NCBI GenBank assembly: GCA_037140955.1
Contig: JBAXDL010000003.1
Location: forward strand, 27,348-91,347
Length of the DNA stretch: 64,000 bases
Direction of reading: 5' to 3'
DNA from: a bacterium
Lineage (GTDB): Bacteria; Patescibacteriota; Minisyncoccia; Moranbacterales; GWC2-37-73
The notes beneath the pieces are model-generated. The model ran no database searches. It was given only the letters and a program-made list of their open reading frames with translations, and was not told the DNA's origin. Made by a program: the position numbers and the translations under genes. Positions 19,326 to 30,475 of this stretch are shown here, one piece after another. Each line of letters opens with the position of its first letter. Position 1 is the stretch's first letter.

Positions 19326-19625
19326 TTTTATTTTATCTGCAAACTAATAACGCAGAAAATTAATTTATTACAGGACTAATTACATGCTAAGATTATAACA
19401 TTAACAATGGCTTCTGTAAAAAAATAAGTTATTCACAGCTTCCCTTATTTAAAGCAAAAATCAAATGTTTTCAATCTGGCAAGTCCATGCTATACTTTAA
19501 AAACTAAATTATCTTGCAAATTCCAATGGCCAAGTCCCTGGAGGATGAAGATACAAAAAAACATATGACAACAAATATTTTTTATTTTGCTTTAGCCCTA
19601 TTTTATTAATAGTGGTTTTTTATTT

Positions 19626-22010
19626 ATGAAAAAAACAGAAAAAATAAAAAAATATCTAAAAGATAATCCTTTGGCGGATAAAAAGAGGATTGCCAAAAAA
19701 TTCAAACTAAACCATCTCGTGGCTTTGGATATTTTAGCTGAAATAAACAATGAATCGCCAGATGCTATTGCCAAAACTAAAAAAGAAAATAAATTTTCTT
19801 TTTTAGCGGACATTTTTAACAATAAAGTCATAAGCAACAAAAATGCCTATTTCTTTCTTTTTGGATTGGCTGGTATTTTGAGAATTTTTTATGCCTTAAA
19901 GTTAAATACTTTTCCACAGTTAAATATTGAAATATTGGATGCACAATATTATGTCGATTGGGCCAAAAAAATAAACACTTATGGAGTATTGGGTGACAAA
20001 ATATTCTTCACTGAACCACTCTATGCCTATTTCCTTGCAATGATACTAAAAATCTCAACGCATGGATTAATACTAGTCAGGATTCTTCAAATGATACTTG
20101 GAAGCTTGCTACCAATTGTGATTATGAAAATTGGAGAAAAGATTTTCAGCAGACCAATAGGCTTTATTGCTGGCATCATTGTAGCAGTATATGCTCCTTT
20201 TATTTTCTATGAGAATCTTATCTTAAAAACATCTTTGGAAATTTTCTCATTAGCTGGTTTTTTCTGGTTTTTTCTTTTTATGCTAGAAAAAAAATCCAAC
20301 AAGACCTATCTTATTGGAGGATTATTACTGGGAATACTGTCACTCATAAAAGGAAATAATATAATATTTTTTCCAGCAATTTTGTTGATTTTGTATTATT
20401 CAAAAAAACTTATCACCAAAGAAAAACGCGCGCTGTCACTTTTTTTTGCTCTTGGTTTTTTTCTAGTCATTTCACCGATAACTTTGCGCAATTATATTGT
20501 TGGGAAGGATTTTGTTCCAACAAACTATTCCATTGGAATAGTGACCTATCAAGGCAATTGGTGGGGATCTGATGGTTCCACTGCCATGGTACCAAGTTTT
20601 TTCAGACCACATCCAAAATATGAAGAAACTGATGCCAGAGAGATGGCCAATGCCTATGCCGGCAAGAATCTCTCACCCTCCAAAATATCAAGTTTTTGGA
20701 TTGGAAAAGCTATTAGCGAGAGCTTTTCTGACCCGATTCGTTTTCTCAAAAATTTGTTCGTCAAACTTTTGATGCTTCTTAATTATCATGAATTAAGTGA
20801 TGATTATAGTTTTGATTTTTATGCCAAATTCATCATCTTGCTAAAAGTATTACCAGGATTTCTTATTGTTTCAACCCTGGCAATTACGGGCATGCTTCTT
20901 GCTCTTTTTTCAAATGATTTGAAGTGGACTATTTCCAAAAAAACAAATACTAGCCTTCAGGAGATTTCAAAAAAAACAAAACTATTATTAAGTGTGATTG
21001 GAGTTTATGTATTGGTGCTGTTAATATCAAATATAAATTCAAGATATCGCATGCCACTGGTTCCATTTTTGTCCATTTTTTCAGCAGTGACAATTTGGCA
21101 TATTTGGATAAAAATAAAAAACAAACTATGGGAATTTATCCCAATAACATCAATTTTGATAACACTATCAGCTGGACTTTCCATGTTCCCACTGCCAATT
21201 TATGGAGCAATCAATGAAGATGCCAATGCCTATCATCAAATTGGATCGTATTATATTGAAAATAAGGATTTTGAAAGAGCCAAGTTGTATTTCGAAAAAA
21301 CTATAGAGATTGATAAGAATTATGCCTGGGCCTACAAAAATCTTTTCCTTATAAACATGCAAAAGGGCGATCTCAAAGAAGCTGAAAAAAATATAAAAGA
21401 AGTTATTATAATACGCTCAGATGATCTCTCCAACTACGAAAATCTTGCACTATTAAAAAATGCGCAAAAAGAATTAACAACTGAAATAAAAGATCAAATA
21501 AACAAAAGCATCAGTGATGGAACTCCGAATATTTATGATACCGATTCATATGAAGCAAGTAGATATTTGTCAGCCAAAGATAGCAAAAAAGCTGAACAAT
21601 TTCTCCTTAAATCATTAGAAAAATTCAACAATCCACCAAACTCACTGATCGCACTTGCCTCCGTCAAAAGAGCTAGCAATTCAAATGATGAAGCAATTAA
21701 ATACTTGTCACTAGCCATAGAAAAAAATCCATATTTACTTCCGGCCAGGTATAATCTAGCAAACATATATATCGAGCAAAAAAATTATCAACTGGCGATT
21801 CCACAACTCAAAGAGATATATGACATCACACCAGAACTTGGACAAACTTGGTCAAACCTAGCAATAGCATATATCAACACCAAAAATTCTGCCCAAGCCT
21901 CGCCAGTTATCAATGACTACATTAAAAGATATCAAGATGACCCAACCAAAAAAGAAATGGTTGATAAATTCCAAAAATTAATTTCCCAAAGCAAAACACC
22001 AACAAACTAA
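19626..22010 (+). CDS. GT-C (PMT/ArnT-like) glycosyltransferase with C-terminal TPR repeats
   Basis: LDAQYYVDWA, PLYAYFLA, PITLRNY, SRYRMP; C-terminal TPR pattern (AYHQIG..A..YFEKTIEIDKNYAWAY; ARYNLANIY). Confidence 0.75.
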   Translation: MKKTEKIKKYLKDNPLADKKRIAKKFKLNHLVALDILAEINNESPDAIAKTKKENKFSFLADIFNNKVISNKNAYFFLFGLAGILRIFYALKLNTFPQLNIEILDAQYYVDWAKKINTYGVLGDKIFFTEPLYAYFLAMILKISTHGLILVRILQMILGSLLPIVIMKIGEKIFSRPIGFIAGIIVAVYAPFIFYENLILKTSLEIFSLAGFFWFFLFMLEKKSNKTYLIGGLLLGILSLIKGNNIIFFPAILLILYYSKKLITKEKRALSLFFALGFFLVISPITLRNYIVGKDFVPTNYSIGIVTYQGNWWGSDGSTAMVPSFFRPHPKYEETDAREMANAYAGKNLSPSKISSFWIGKAISESFSDPIRFLKNLFVKLLMLLNYHELSDDYSFDFYAKFIILLKVLPGFLIVSTLAITGMLLALFSNDLKWTISKKTNTSLQEISKKTKLLLSVIGVYVLVLLISNINSRYRMPLVPFLSIFSAVTIWHIWIKIKNKLWEFIPITSILITLSAGLSMFPLPIYGAINEDANAYHQIGSYYIENKDFERAKLYFEKTIEIDKNYAWAYKNLFLINMQKGDLKEAEKNIKEVIIIRSDDLSNYENLALLKNAQKELTTEIKDQINKSISDGTPNIYDTDSYEASRYLSAKDSKKAEQFLLKSLEKFNNPPNSLIALASVKRASNSNDEAIKYLSLAIEKNPYLLPARYNLANIYIEQKNYQLAIPQLKEIYDITPELGQTWSNLAIAYINTKNSAQASPVINDYIKRYQDDPTKKEMVDKFQKLISQSKTPTN

Positions 22011-22014
22011 TAAT

Positions 22015-25000
22015 ATGAAATATACACATCTTCACGTACATTCTCACTATAGCTTGCTAGATGGTCTTGGAAAAATAGATGATCTTCTTGATCGCGCCAA
22101 GGAGCTTGGCATGGAATCAATTGCACTGACTGATCACGGTGTGATGTATGGAGCAGTTGAACTTTTCATTAAAGCCAAGGAAAAAGGCATCAAAGCAATC
22201 ATTGGTTGCGAAATGTATATCACCCCCAATGATTTGCACAGCAAGAATCCAATTGCAGAAGATCGCAAACGCCACCATCTAATCCTTCTAGTTAAAGATG
22301 AAGAGGGCTATCACAATCTCATGAAACTTGTTTCCATTGCACATCTTGAAGGATTTTATTACAAACCACGTATTGATAGAAAAGTTCTTCGCAAATACGC
22401 CAAAGGACTTATTGGTCTTTCGGCTTGCGTGGAAGGAGAAATTCCGTCCCAGATTATTATGGGAAATTATGATAAAGCCAAGGAGTTAGCTTTAGAATAT
22501 AAGGACATTTTTGATGATGGAGGATTTTTTTTGGAGGTGCAAAGTCACGCCAAATTCTCCAATCAAGCCGTTGCCAATGAAGGAATCTTCAAATTAGCCA
22601 AGGAAGTTGATTTGCCAGTAGTGGCAACAAACGATGTGCATTATGTCAACAAAGACGATGCTAGTGCTCAAGACATTCTGCTTTGCGTGCAAACCAATCG
22701 CAAAGTATATGAATCTGATCGCATGAATTTGATGGATTTTGATTTGTCATTGCGCAGTCCTGAAGAAATTTTGGCATGCTTTCCAAACAATCCTGAAGTT
22801 CTTTCTAACACACAACTCGTTGCTGATCAATGTGATTTCAAAATAAAACTAGGAGAAACGCAATTGCCACATTTCGATGTGCCAGAAGGTCACACTGACA
22901 TGTCATATTTGATTGAATTTTGCGAAAAAGGTTTAATCAAAAAATATGGAGACAAGGTTACTGAAGTACATCGAACAAGAATGGAATATGAACTTTCAGT
23001 TATTGAAAAATGCGGATATGCATCATATTTTTTGATCGTGCAAGACTTTGTTAATTGGGCCAGAGACAATGGAATTGTGGTTGGACCAGGGCGCGGAAGC
23101 GCTGCTGGTAGTATCATTGCCTATCTAACAGGCATAACAAATGTTGATCCAATTGAATATAACTTACTGTTTGAAAGATTTCTTAATCCAGAAAGAGTTT
23201 CCATGCCCGATGTCGATATGGATTTTGCTGACGACAGACGCGATGATGTGCTCAACTATGTCAGACAAAAATATGGCAATGATCATGTTTCACAAATCAT
23301 AACATTTGGAACAATGGCCGCGCGCGCCGCCATTCGAGACACAGGAAGAGCATTGGGAATTCCATATGATTTTTGCAACAAGACATCTCAAATGATTCCA
23401 ATGTTCACTTCCATCAAAAAAGCCTTGGAAGATGTTCCTGAATTCAAGGAACACTACAATTCAACTGTTGATGCAAGAAAATTAATCGACAGTGCCATGC
23501 GTCTTGAAGGTGTTGTTCGCCACGCTGGAATGCATGCTTGCGGAGTTGTAATCACCAAAGAACCTGTGACATATTATTCTCCAATTCAAAACATCACCGG
23601 CTCGCGCGAAGGAACTGTGACGCAGTATTCATCATCAACCAAATCATCCTATGTGGAAAAGATTGGACTGCTAAAGATGGACTTTTTGGGATTGAAAAAT
23701 TTAACAATCATTCAAAACACTCTGCGCATCGTCAAAAAAACCAAAGGCATCGATATTGATATCGACACCATTCCAATTGATGATGAACTTACCTATAAAT
23801 TGCTGCAAGAAGCACGCACAACTGGAGTTTTTCAATTTGAAAGTTCCGGCATGAAAAGATATTTGAAATTATTGAAACCAACAATTATTGAAGACATCAT
23901 CGCCATGGTGGCACTTTATCGTCCTGGTCCTATGGATTGGATTCCTGATTTTATTTCTGGCAAACATGGACGAAAAATAAAATACGTTCACCCAAAACTA
24001 GAACCAATTTTGAAAAATACTTATGGCGTGGCTGTTTATCAAGAACAAGTTATGCAAATAGCCAGGGATTTGGCAGGTTTTACTATGGGCGAAGCTGATG
24101 TGCTCAGAAAGGCTATGGGTAAAAAAATCTTTGAACTCATTAAAGAGCAGAAAATAAAATTTGTGGAAGGTTGCATTGCCAATGGAAGCACCAAGGAAAT
24201 TGCAGAAAAAGTTTTTTCGTTCATTGAACCTTTTGCTGGTTATGGATTCAATCGCTCTCATGCTGCCTGCTATGGAATTATTGGCTATCAAACAGCCTAT
24301 CTTAAGGCGCACTTCCCATCTGCATTTATGGCGGCCTTGCAAACATCAGATCAAGACAACATTGATCGAATCGCCATTGAAGCTGCCGAATGTCATGACA
24401 TGGGAATCAAAGTTTTGGCACCAAATGTCAACGAAAGTTTTGAAGACTTTGCTGTTATTACAGAAGATGATGGATCAGAAAAAATACGTTTTGGATTTAA
24501 TGCAATTAAAAACGTGGGAGGAGTTATTGCAGCTGAAATTGTGGCAGAAAGAAAGAGAAATGGAAAATTCAAATCACTTGGAGATTTCTTGGAGCGTGTT
24601 GAAACAAAGGATCTCAACAAAAAATCAATCGATGCACTGGCAAAAGTTGGAGCATTAGATGAACTTGGAGAAAGAAATCAAATCGTTCAAAGCATGGAAC
24701 AGATTTTGATGTTCACAAAAAGCGTACAAAAATCCAAAAATTCCAATCAAGTTAGTCTTTTCGGTGAGGCAATCCTAGAAACACCACAAGTGCCACTGCT
24801 TGAAGTTGATCCGGCCTCAAAAAGACAACAACTGCAATGGGAAAAAGAATTATTAGGACTATATGTCTCTGGTCATCCAGTAAAAGAATATCAATCATAT
24901 ATCGACAAGGTTGCAGTGTCGTTGGACAAATTGGCGCCAGAACTGGTTGGACAAAAAATTGCAGTTGGAGGCGTTATTCAAAAAATTCAAAAAATTCTTA

Positions 25001-25554
25001 CCAAGCGTCAGGAAACAATGCTTTTTGTGATGCTTGAAGACACACGAGGAAAAATCGAACTTCTTGTTTTTCCAAAAGTTCTTGAGCGCATTGCAAGTGT
25101 TTGGGAGGAAGAACGCATGATCATTGCCGAAGGCAGACTCTCAGATAAAGACGGAGTATACAAATTAATTGTTGATGAAGCAAAAGAACTTAATCGAGGT
25201 GAAATTGAAAATTATTTGCGCGTTGAGGCCACCAAGAAAATATATAACACGCCTGACAACCATGATGATGACAATCAACCACCAACAAGTGGTGTGCCAT
25301 ATCCAACAGATCAAAATTCACCCCAAGAACAATTAGCAAATCAAAAATTAATAGTCACACTTCCCTCTAATGCCACCCCTGAAATAATTCACAATCTTTC
25401 CAGGTTTTTCAACACTTGCACATCTGGCTCATGCAAGGTTTTTCTTCATCACCAGGCCAACAAACTGGAAACACCCTTTTGCATTGAAAACAGTCCAAAT
25501 TTGATTGGAGAAATAAAAAAACTAATTCAAGGCGGCAGCGCTGAATTGGCCTAA
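22015..25554 (+). CDS. dnaE: DNA polymerase III alpha subunit
   Basis: HLHVHSHYSLLDG PHP, GPGRGSAAGS, PDVDMDF, LLKMDFLGL, YGFNRSH. Confidence 0.97.
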   Translation: MKYTHLHVHSHYSLLDGLGKIDDLLDRAKELGMESIALTDHGVMYGAVELFIKAKEKGIKAIIGCEMYITPNDLHSKNPIAEDRKRHHLILLVKDEEGYHNLMKLVSIAHLEGFYYKPRIDRKVLRKYAKGLIGLSACVEGEIPSQIIMGNYDKAKELALEYKDIFDDGGFFLEVQSHAKFSNQAVANEGIFKLAKEVDLPVVATNDVHYVNKDDASAQDILLCVQTNRKVYESDRMNLMDFDLSLRSPEEILACFPNNPEVLSNTQLVADQCDFKIKLGETQLPHFDVPEGHTDMSYLIEFCEKGLIKKYGDKVTEVHRTRMEYELSVIEKCGYASYFLIVQDFVNWARDNGIVVGPGRGSAAGSIIAYLTGITNVDPIEYNLLFERFLNPERVSMPDVDMDFADDRRDDVLNYVRQKYGNDHVSQIITFGTMAARAAIRDTGRALGIPYDFCNKTSQMIPMFTSIKKALEDVPEFKEHYNSTVDARKLIDSAMRLEGVVRHAGMHACGVVITKEPVTYYSPIQNITGSREGTVTQYSSSTKSSYVEKIGLLKMDFLGLKNLTIIQNTLRIVKKTKGIDIDIDTIPIDDELTYKLLQEARTTGVFQFESSGMKRYLKLLKPTIIEDIIAMVALYRPGPMDWIPDFISGKHGRKIKYVHPKLEPILKNTYGVAVYQEQVMQIARDLAGFTMGEADVLRKAMGKKIFELIKEQKIKFVEGCIANGSTKEIAEKVFSFIEPFAGYGFNRSHAACYGIIGYQTAYLKAHFPSAFMAALQTSDQDNIDRIAIEAAECHDMGIKVLAPNVNESFEDFAVITEDDGSEKIRFGFNAIKNVGGVIAAEIVAERKRNGKFKSLGDFLERVETKDLNKKSIDALAKVGALDELGERNQIVQSMEQILMFTKSVQKSKNSNQVSLFGEAILETPQVPLLEVDPASKRQQLQWEKELLGLYVSGHPVKEYQSYIDKVAVSLDKLAPELVGQKIAVGGVIQKIQKILTKRQETMLFVMLEDTRGKIELLVFPKVLERIASVWEEERMIIAEGRLSDKDGVYKLIVDEAKELNRGEIENYLRVEATKKIYNTPDNHDDDNQPPTSGVPYPTDQNSPQEQLANQKLIVTLPSNATPEIIHNLSRFFNTCTSGSCKVFLHHQANKLETPFCIENSPNLIGEIKKLIQGGSAELA

Positions 25555-25667
25555 AAAATTCATAACAAATTATTTAGCTTTTTATGTATACTTGTTTTTT
25601 TGCTTGCCTTTCGTTTGCTGTGCTCACATGGAAGCCGCAAAAAACAATATACATGAAAAAATAAAAA

Positions 25668-26855
25668 TTATTCCAAAGAATAAGGAAAAGCATCCAGCAA
25701 TTCCGCTGAATAATAAAATTCATAAGCAAGTGAACCAAAACTATATTTTGACTCTCCAACAGTGATCTGACTTCCTCCAACTTTTGGATTGGCATTTGGC
25801 TGTGATTGAGGAAAACCAACATTAAAAAGTGTGCCCACAATTTCTGGGCGATATTTGATATCATAGCCAGCCTTTTCCCATTGACTCATCATTTGTTTTA
25901 AATATATCGCGCCGTAAAGATAAGAAAAATAGTGCGTGTTTTCAGTCAAACGATCATAACGCTTGTCGGCATCATCCTCATTTTCAAAGTCCAACTTATG
26001 TTCAAATTCGGGACCCAAATAATAAGGTGAATTTTTGTCTTTCAGGTGATTTTCAGTTTCAATGGCTGTATTCTCCTTGATTCCCATGATTCCCAAAGAG
26101 ATTTTGTTAGCATTTCCAAGAATCTTGAGTGGCTCAAAAAATTTCTTAAAAAGTTCCCTATTACTATTAAACAAACGAACTTGCTCTACGATTGCACAAG
26201 AAACCAACAATCGCGGCTCAATGCCAACAACGCCGGCAGCTCTGTCAATCACATCCTTATCTTTAACTATTGCCTCTCTGATTGTTTTCCATTGGTCATT
26301 ATCCATCCATGGAAAAATCGTAGCACTTTGAATTCCCATATATTTCTTGCTGATCAAATCATCATCAGCTTCAACATTTTTGTTATCACAAACAGCAAAG
26401 ACATCACTGCTATATTTTGCCTCAATTCTGAGTCTAGCCGCTAAAATCATTTTGGAAACCAAAACATCTGAATCTGTTTTTTGATAATTTTCTATTATTT
26501 TTACTGCAGCCTCAGGTGCATTTTTGCCAATAATATCTATTTGGCAATAATTTTTTGACTTCACAGCTTTCTTTGCTGCAAGATTATTCATCTGCAAAGA
26601 CAGGTCATCCAGAGAGTTTTTAATTAAAATATCCTTACCATTTTCAGTGCCCGCCCTCACAACACTTGCTTTTACATTTTTTCCCATAACAACCTCTTCA
26701 AATCTTTGACTATTGCTGTCAATCACACCTTTCACATCAGTAAAATGAAAGCGAATAGCAAAAAAACCCACAACCAAAACAAAGCCAATCAAAGCAAAAA
26801 CATGCAGACAATATATATAGCTATTATAAAAAAATGTTTTAATACTATTTTTCAT
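25668..26855 (-). CDS. Hypothetical membrane-anchored protein with possible lysozyme/SLT-like C-terminal domain
   Basis: N-terminal TM; EPRLLVSCAIVEQ, SLGIMGIK, YGAIYLKQ, GTLFNVG resemble lytic transglycosylase motifs. Confidence 0.45.
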   Translation of the reverse strand: MKNSIKTFFYNSYIYCLHVFALIGFVLVVGFFAIRFHFTDVKGVIDSNSQRFEEVVMGKNVKASVVRAGTENGKDILIKNSLDDLSLQMNNLAAKKAVKSKNYCQIDIIGKNAPEAAVKIIENYQKTDSDVLVSKMILAARLRIEAKYSSDVFAVCDNKNVEADDDLISKKYMGIQSATIFPWMDNDQWKTIREAIVKDKDVIDRAAGVVGIEPRLLVSCAIVEQVRLFNSNRELFKKFFEPLKILGNANKISLGIMGIKENTAIETENHLKDKNSPYYLGPEFEHKLDFENEDDADKRYDRLTENTHYFSYLYGAIYLKQMMSQWEKAGYDIKYRPEIVGTLFNVGFPQSQPNANPKVGGSQITVGESKYSFGSLAYEFYYSAELLDAFPYSLE

Positions 26856-26978
26856 ATTTCAATATTACCATATTTCATAATTATCTCGAAAAATGCTTGA
26901 TTTATCCCTTAAATACTGTAGAATATAAGCATACAAAAAAACAATATTATCAAATTAAGTCCTAAAAAACATATTTTT

Positions 26979-28739
26979 ATGCAAAATACCGAAAATAAGC
27001 TAAATCTATTACGTCATTCCACTGCACATGTTTTAGCGGCCGCTGTCTTGGAAATGTTTCCTGAAGCTAAATTTGGCATTGGACCAGCCATTGATAATGG
27101 TTTTTATTATGACTTCGAGCTTCCAAGAACCTTGATTCCCGAGGACCTTCCACTACTGGAAGAAAAAATGAAAAGTATCATAAAACAAAACAGCATTTTT
27201 GAAAAAACCGACGTTTCAGTTGAAGAAGCCTTGAATCAGTTCAGGGCACTTGATCAGAACTTGAAACTTGAACTTATTGATGATCTCCACAAGAGTGGCA
27301 ACGAAACCGTTACGATATATAAATCTGGAAACTTTGTTGATCTTTGCAGTGGTCCACACCTTGAGTCAACAGGAAAAATTGATCAACGCGCTTTTGCTTT
27401 GACAAAAATTTCCGGAGCATATTGGAAAGCAGATGCACAAAAACAACAACTGCAAAGAATTTATGGTGTTGTTTTTGAAAACAAGGAAAAACTCAAAGAA
27501 TATTTCAACTTAGTGGAAGAGGCAGCCAAAAGAGATCATCGCAAGCTTGGCAAAGAATTGGACCTGTTTTGCTTTTCTGATTTGGTTGGACCAGGCCTAC
27601 CATTACTTACACCAAATGGAACAATCATTAAAGATGAACTGCAAAAACACATTGAAAAAGTTTGTCGTGTTTATGGTTTTCAAAAAGTCTCCACCCCACA
27701 TCTTTCCAAAATTGATTTGTATGAAAAATCAGGACATGCTCAAAAATTTGGAGATGAACTTTTTCAGGTTACCTCTCACTACAAGCAAAACTATGTCATG
27801 AAGCCAGTGCAATGCCCTCACCAAACTCAAATTTTTGCTTCAAAATCTCGTTCATATCGCGACCTCCCTATTCGCTACATGGAATCAGAGAAACAATATC
27901 GCGATGAAAAACCAGGAGAAATTGGTGGATTGCAAAGAGTTATTGCTATTACAGTTGAAGATGGTCATAGCTTTTGCACAGTTGATCAGGTCAAGCAAGA
28001 AGTAAAAAACATGGTTGAAATTATTCAAAATTTCTACACCTCGCTTGGCATGTGGGAAAATCACAGCGTTTCCTTGTCAGTTCGAGATTATGCGCATCCA
28101 GAAAAATATATTGGCGAAACTTCCGATTGGGATCTTTGCGAAAAAATGTTGCAAGATATTTCAGACGAGATGGGATTAAATGCTATCAAGCATGAAGGTG
28201 AAGCAGCTCTCTACGGTCCAAAACTAGATTTTATGTTCAAGGATTCACTAGGAAAAGAAATTCAAATTCCCACAGTTCAATTGGATTTTGCCACACCAAA
28301 GAGATTTGATTTGGAATACACAAACAATGAAGGAACAAAATCAACCCCAGTAATGGTTCATCGTGCCATTCTTGGATCATATGAAAGATTCATGATGCTT
28401 TTGATTGAGCATTTTGCTGGCGCATTTCCACTATGGCTATCACCTGTTCAAGTTTCAGTTTTGCCAATTTCAGAAAAATTTGCAGACTATGCCAAGGAAG
28501 TTAAAAATATTTTACTTGAGCAGGATATTAGAGTTAATTTAAATGACAAAGCTGAGTCACTTGGCAAGCGTATCTCAGAGGAAGAAAAAGCAAAGACTCC
28601 CTATATCATTGTTATTGGAGAAAAAGAAACTGCTGACAAAACAGTCGCTATTCGAACAAGAGGAATCCGAGAGCAACAAACAATTCCAACTAATGATTTT
28701 GTTGAAAAAATATTAACCGAAATCAAAGAAAAGAAATAA
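26979..28739 (+). CDS. thrS: Threonine--tRNA ligase (no N-terminal TGS domain)
   Basis: RHSTAHVLA, DLCSGPH, RDHRKLG, YGPKLD, HRAILGSYER. Confidence 0.97.
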   Translation: MQNTENKLNLLRHSTAHVLAAAVLEMFPEAKFGIGPAIDNGFYYDFELPRTLIPEDLPLLEEKMKSIIKQNSIFEKTDVSVEEALNQFRALDQNLKLELIDDLHKSGNETVTIYKSGNFVDLCSGPHLESTGKIDQRAFALTKISGAYWKADAQKQQLQRIYGVVFENKEKLKEYFNLVEEAAKRDHRKLGKELDLFCFSDLVGPGLPLLTPNGTIIKDELQKHIEKVCRVYGFQKVSTPHLSKIDLYEKSGHAQKFGDELFQVTSHYKQNYVMKPVQCPHQTQIFASKSRSYRDLPIRYMESEKQYRDEKPGEIGGLQRVIAITVEDGHSFCTVDQVKQEVKNMVEIIQNFYTSLGMWENHSVSLSVRDYAHPEKYIGETSDWDLCEKMLQDISDEMGLNAIKHEGEAALYGPKLDFMFKDSLGKEIQIPTVQLDFATPKRFDLEYTNNEGTKSTPVMVHRAILGSYERFMMLLIEHFAGAFPLWLSPVQVSVLPISEKFADYAKEVKNILLEQDIRVNLNDKAESLGKRISEEEKAKTPYIIVIGEKETADKTVAIRTRGIREQQTIPTNDFVEKILTEIKEKK

Positions 28740-30022
28740 TGAAATATTTCATCAAAACATTTGGTTGCCAGATGAATGTTTCAGACAGTGAAAGATTGGC
28801 AACTTTTTTGGAGAAAAATAATTACACAGAATCATCCTTGATTTCAGAGGCTGATTTGGTTATTTTCAATACCTGCGGAATCAAACAAACTGCAGAAAAT
28901 CGCGCCTATAGCATGATCAATAATTTGCGCAAAGCTGAGCTAAAAATCAAAAACCAAAAGACAAAGAATATTGTCATGACAGGCTGTCTCGCGCATCGAG
29001 CTGATGTGCAAAAACGCATGCAAAAAAAGGTTGATCTTTTCACTGAAATTAAAAATTTCGAAAAAGATTTTGAAAAAATATCAAAAAATTCTATTCTAGA
29101 TAATCGGGATTATTTAAGTACAATACCAAAACATTCAAATAATTTTCAGGCCTATGTGCCGATCATGACCGGTTGCAACAATTTTTGCACCTATTGTGTT
29201 GTTCCCTATGCTCGCGGACGTGAAGTTTCTAGGCCTGCAGAAGAAATACTTTCAGAAATAGAAAAATTAGTTGCCAATGGATACAAGAACATTATCCTGC
29301 TTGGTCAAAACGTAAACTCATATCTAGACCACAAAACAAATTTTCCAAAACTTCTAAAAAAAATTAATGCTATTAGTGGAAAATTCTGGATTCAATTTAT
29401 ATCTTCTCATCCAAAAGATATGGATGATGAGCTCATTGCGACTGTCACAAAACTAAAAAAGGTGTGCGAATGGATACACCTTCCAATGCAGGCCGGCAAT
29501 GATGAAATTTTGCAAAAAATGAATCGCAAATACACAGCAAAACATTATCTAGGAAGAATTAGAAAAATAAAAGCTGAATTTAAAAAAAATAAACCAGCAA
29601 CATTGTTTTCAATTTCATCAGACATCATTGTTGGCTTCCCAACCGAATCAAAAGCTCAATTCCTGGACAGTGCCGAGGTCATGGAAAAATCAAAATTTGA
29701 CATGGTATTTTTTGGACAATTTTCTCCAAGACCAGGCACCGTGGCCTGGAAATTAAAAGATGATGTCACTCAAGAAGAAAAAACTTGGCGCGAAAATTTT
29801 CTAAATGAAATTCTCAAAAAAACAACACTTGTAAACAACAATAAATATATTGGAAAAGTTTTGGAAGTTCTCATTGAAAAAGAAAAAGATGGCCACTATT
29901 TTGGAAAAACCAGAACGCAAAAAAATGTAAAAATCAAAAACACAAAAAAAGATTTGATTGGAAAATTTGTAAAAGCCAAAATAACCAAAGCCAATATTTG
30001 GAATCTCGAAGCAACAATATAG
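28739..30022 (+). CDS. miaB: tRNA-2-methylthio-N6-dimethylallyladenosine synthase
   Basis: TFGCQMN, FNTC, GCNNFCTYCVVPYARG, C-terminal TRAM. Confidence 0.9.
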   Translation: MKYFIKTFGCQMNVSDSERLATFLEKNNYTESSLISEADLVIFNTCGIKQTAENRAYSMINNLRKAELKIKNQKTKNIVMTGCLAHRADVQKRMQKKVDLFTEIKNFEKDFEKISKNSILDNRDYLSTIPKHSNNFQAYVPIMTGCNNFCTYCVVPYARGREVSRPAEEILSEIEKLVANGYKNIILLGQNVNSYLDHKTNFPKLLKKINAISGKFWIQFISSHPKDMDDELIATVTKLKKVCEWIHLPMQAGNDEILQKMNRKYTAKHYLGRIRKIKAEFKKNKPATLFSISSDIIVGFPTESKAQFLDSAEVMEKSKFDMVFFGQFSPRPGTVAWKLKDDVTQEEKTWRENFLNEILKKTTLVNNNKYIGKVLEVLIEKEKDGHYFGKTRTQKNVKIKNTKKDLIGKFVKAKITKANIWNLEATI

Positions 30023-30031
30023 CTGGAAATG

Positions 30032-30063
30032 AAAAAGACTAATTCGTTGAATTAGTCTTTTTT
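30032..30063. terminator. Bidirectional intrinsic terminator
   Basis: AAAAAGACTAATTC-GTT-GAATTAGTCTTTTT between convergent genes. Confidence 0.8.
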
Positions 30064-30066
30064 GTT

Positions 30067-30435
30067 TTATAGTGAAAATCTTTCTAATTGCAAAAATAAT
30101 TCATCAAATATTATTGGCTTTTGAATAAAGCCATCAAAAATACCACCAGAAACAATAAGATCGCCTGACAAGCCAAATGTTCCACTTATTAAAATTACTG
30201 GAATATTTGAAATTTCTTTAATCTTTTCACACAATCTCAAACCATCATCACGTCGAGGCATGCACAAATCAGTTAGAACAATATCAAATAGATCACATTC
30301 ATTCCTGAAAATTTCAAATGCCTCAAATCCGTCAGCAGCAGAAACAACATGATGACCATGCTTTCTCAATAGATTACCGAGAGTAATGCGGACAAGTTCA
30401 TCGTCATCAACCTGCAGAATTCTACCTTTTTTCAT
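30067..30435 (-). CDS. Stand-alone response regulator receiver domain
   Basis: VDDD, DIVLTDLCMP, ILISG, QKP; SD GAGGAG before ATG 30435. Confidence 0.85.
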   Translation of the reverse strand: MKKGRILQVDDDELVRITLGNLLRKHGHHVVSAADGFEAFEIFRNECDLFDIVLTDLCMPRRDDGLRLCEKIKEISNIPVILISGTFGLSGDLIVSGGIFDGFIQKPIIFDELFLQLERFSL

Positions 30436-30475
30436 GGATAACTCCTCTTTCAAAAAAATAGCCACCATTGAATTA

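Noticed and set aside
19429-19437. DnaA box TTATTCACA as a possible oriC
   Set aside because: Single box, no cluster, no dnaA/dnaN nearby
22015-25554. Intein or intron in dnaE
   Set aside because: Normal length and continuous motifs; no splice-junction or LAGLIDADG signatures seen
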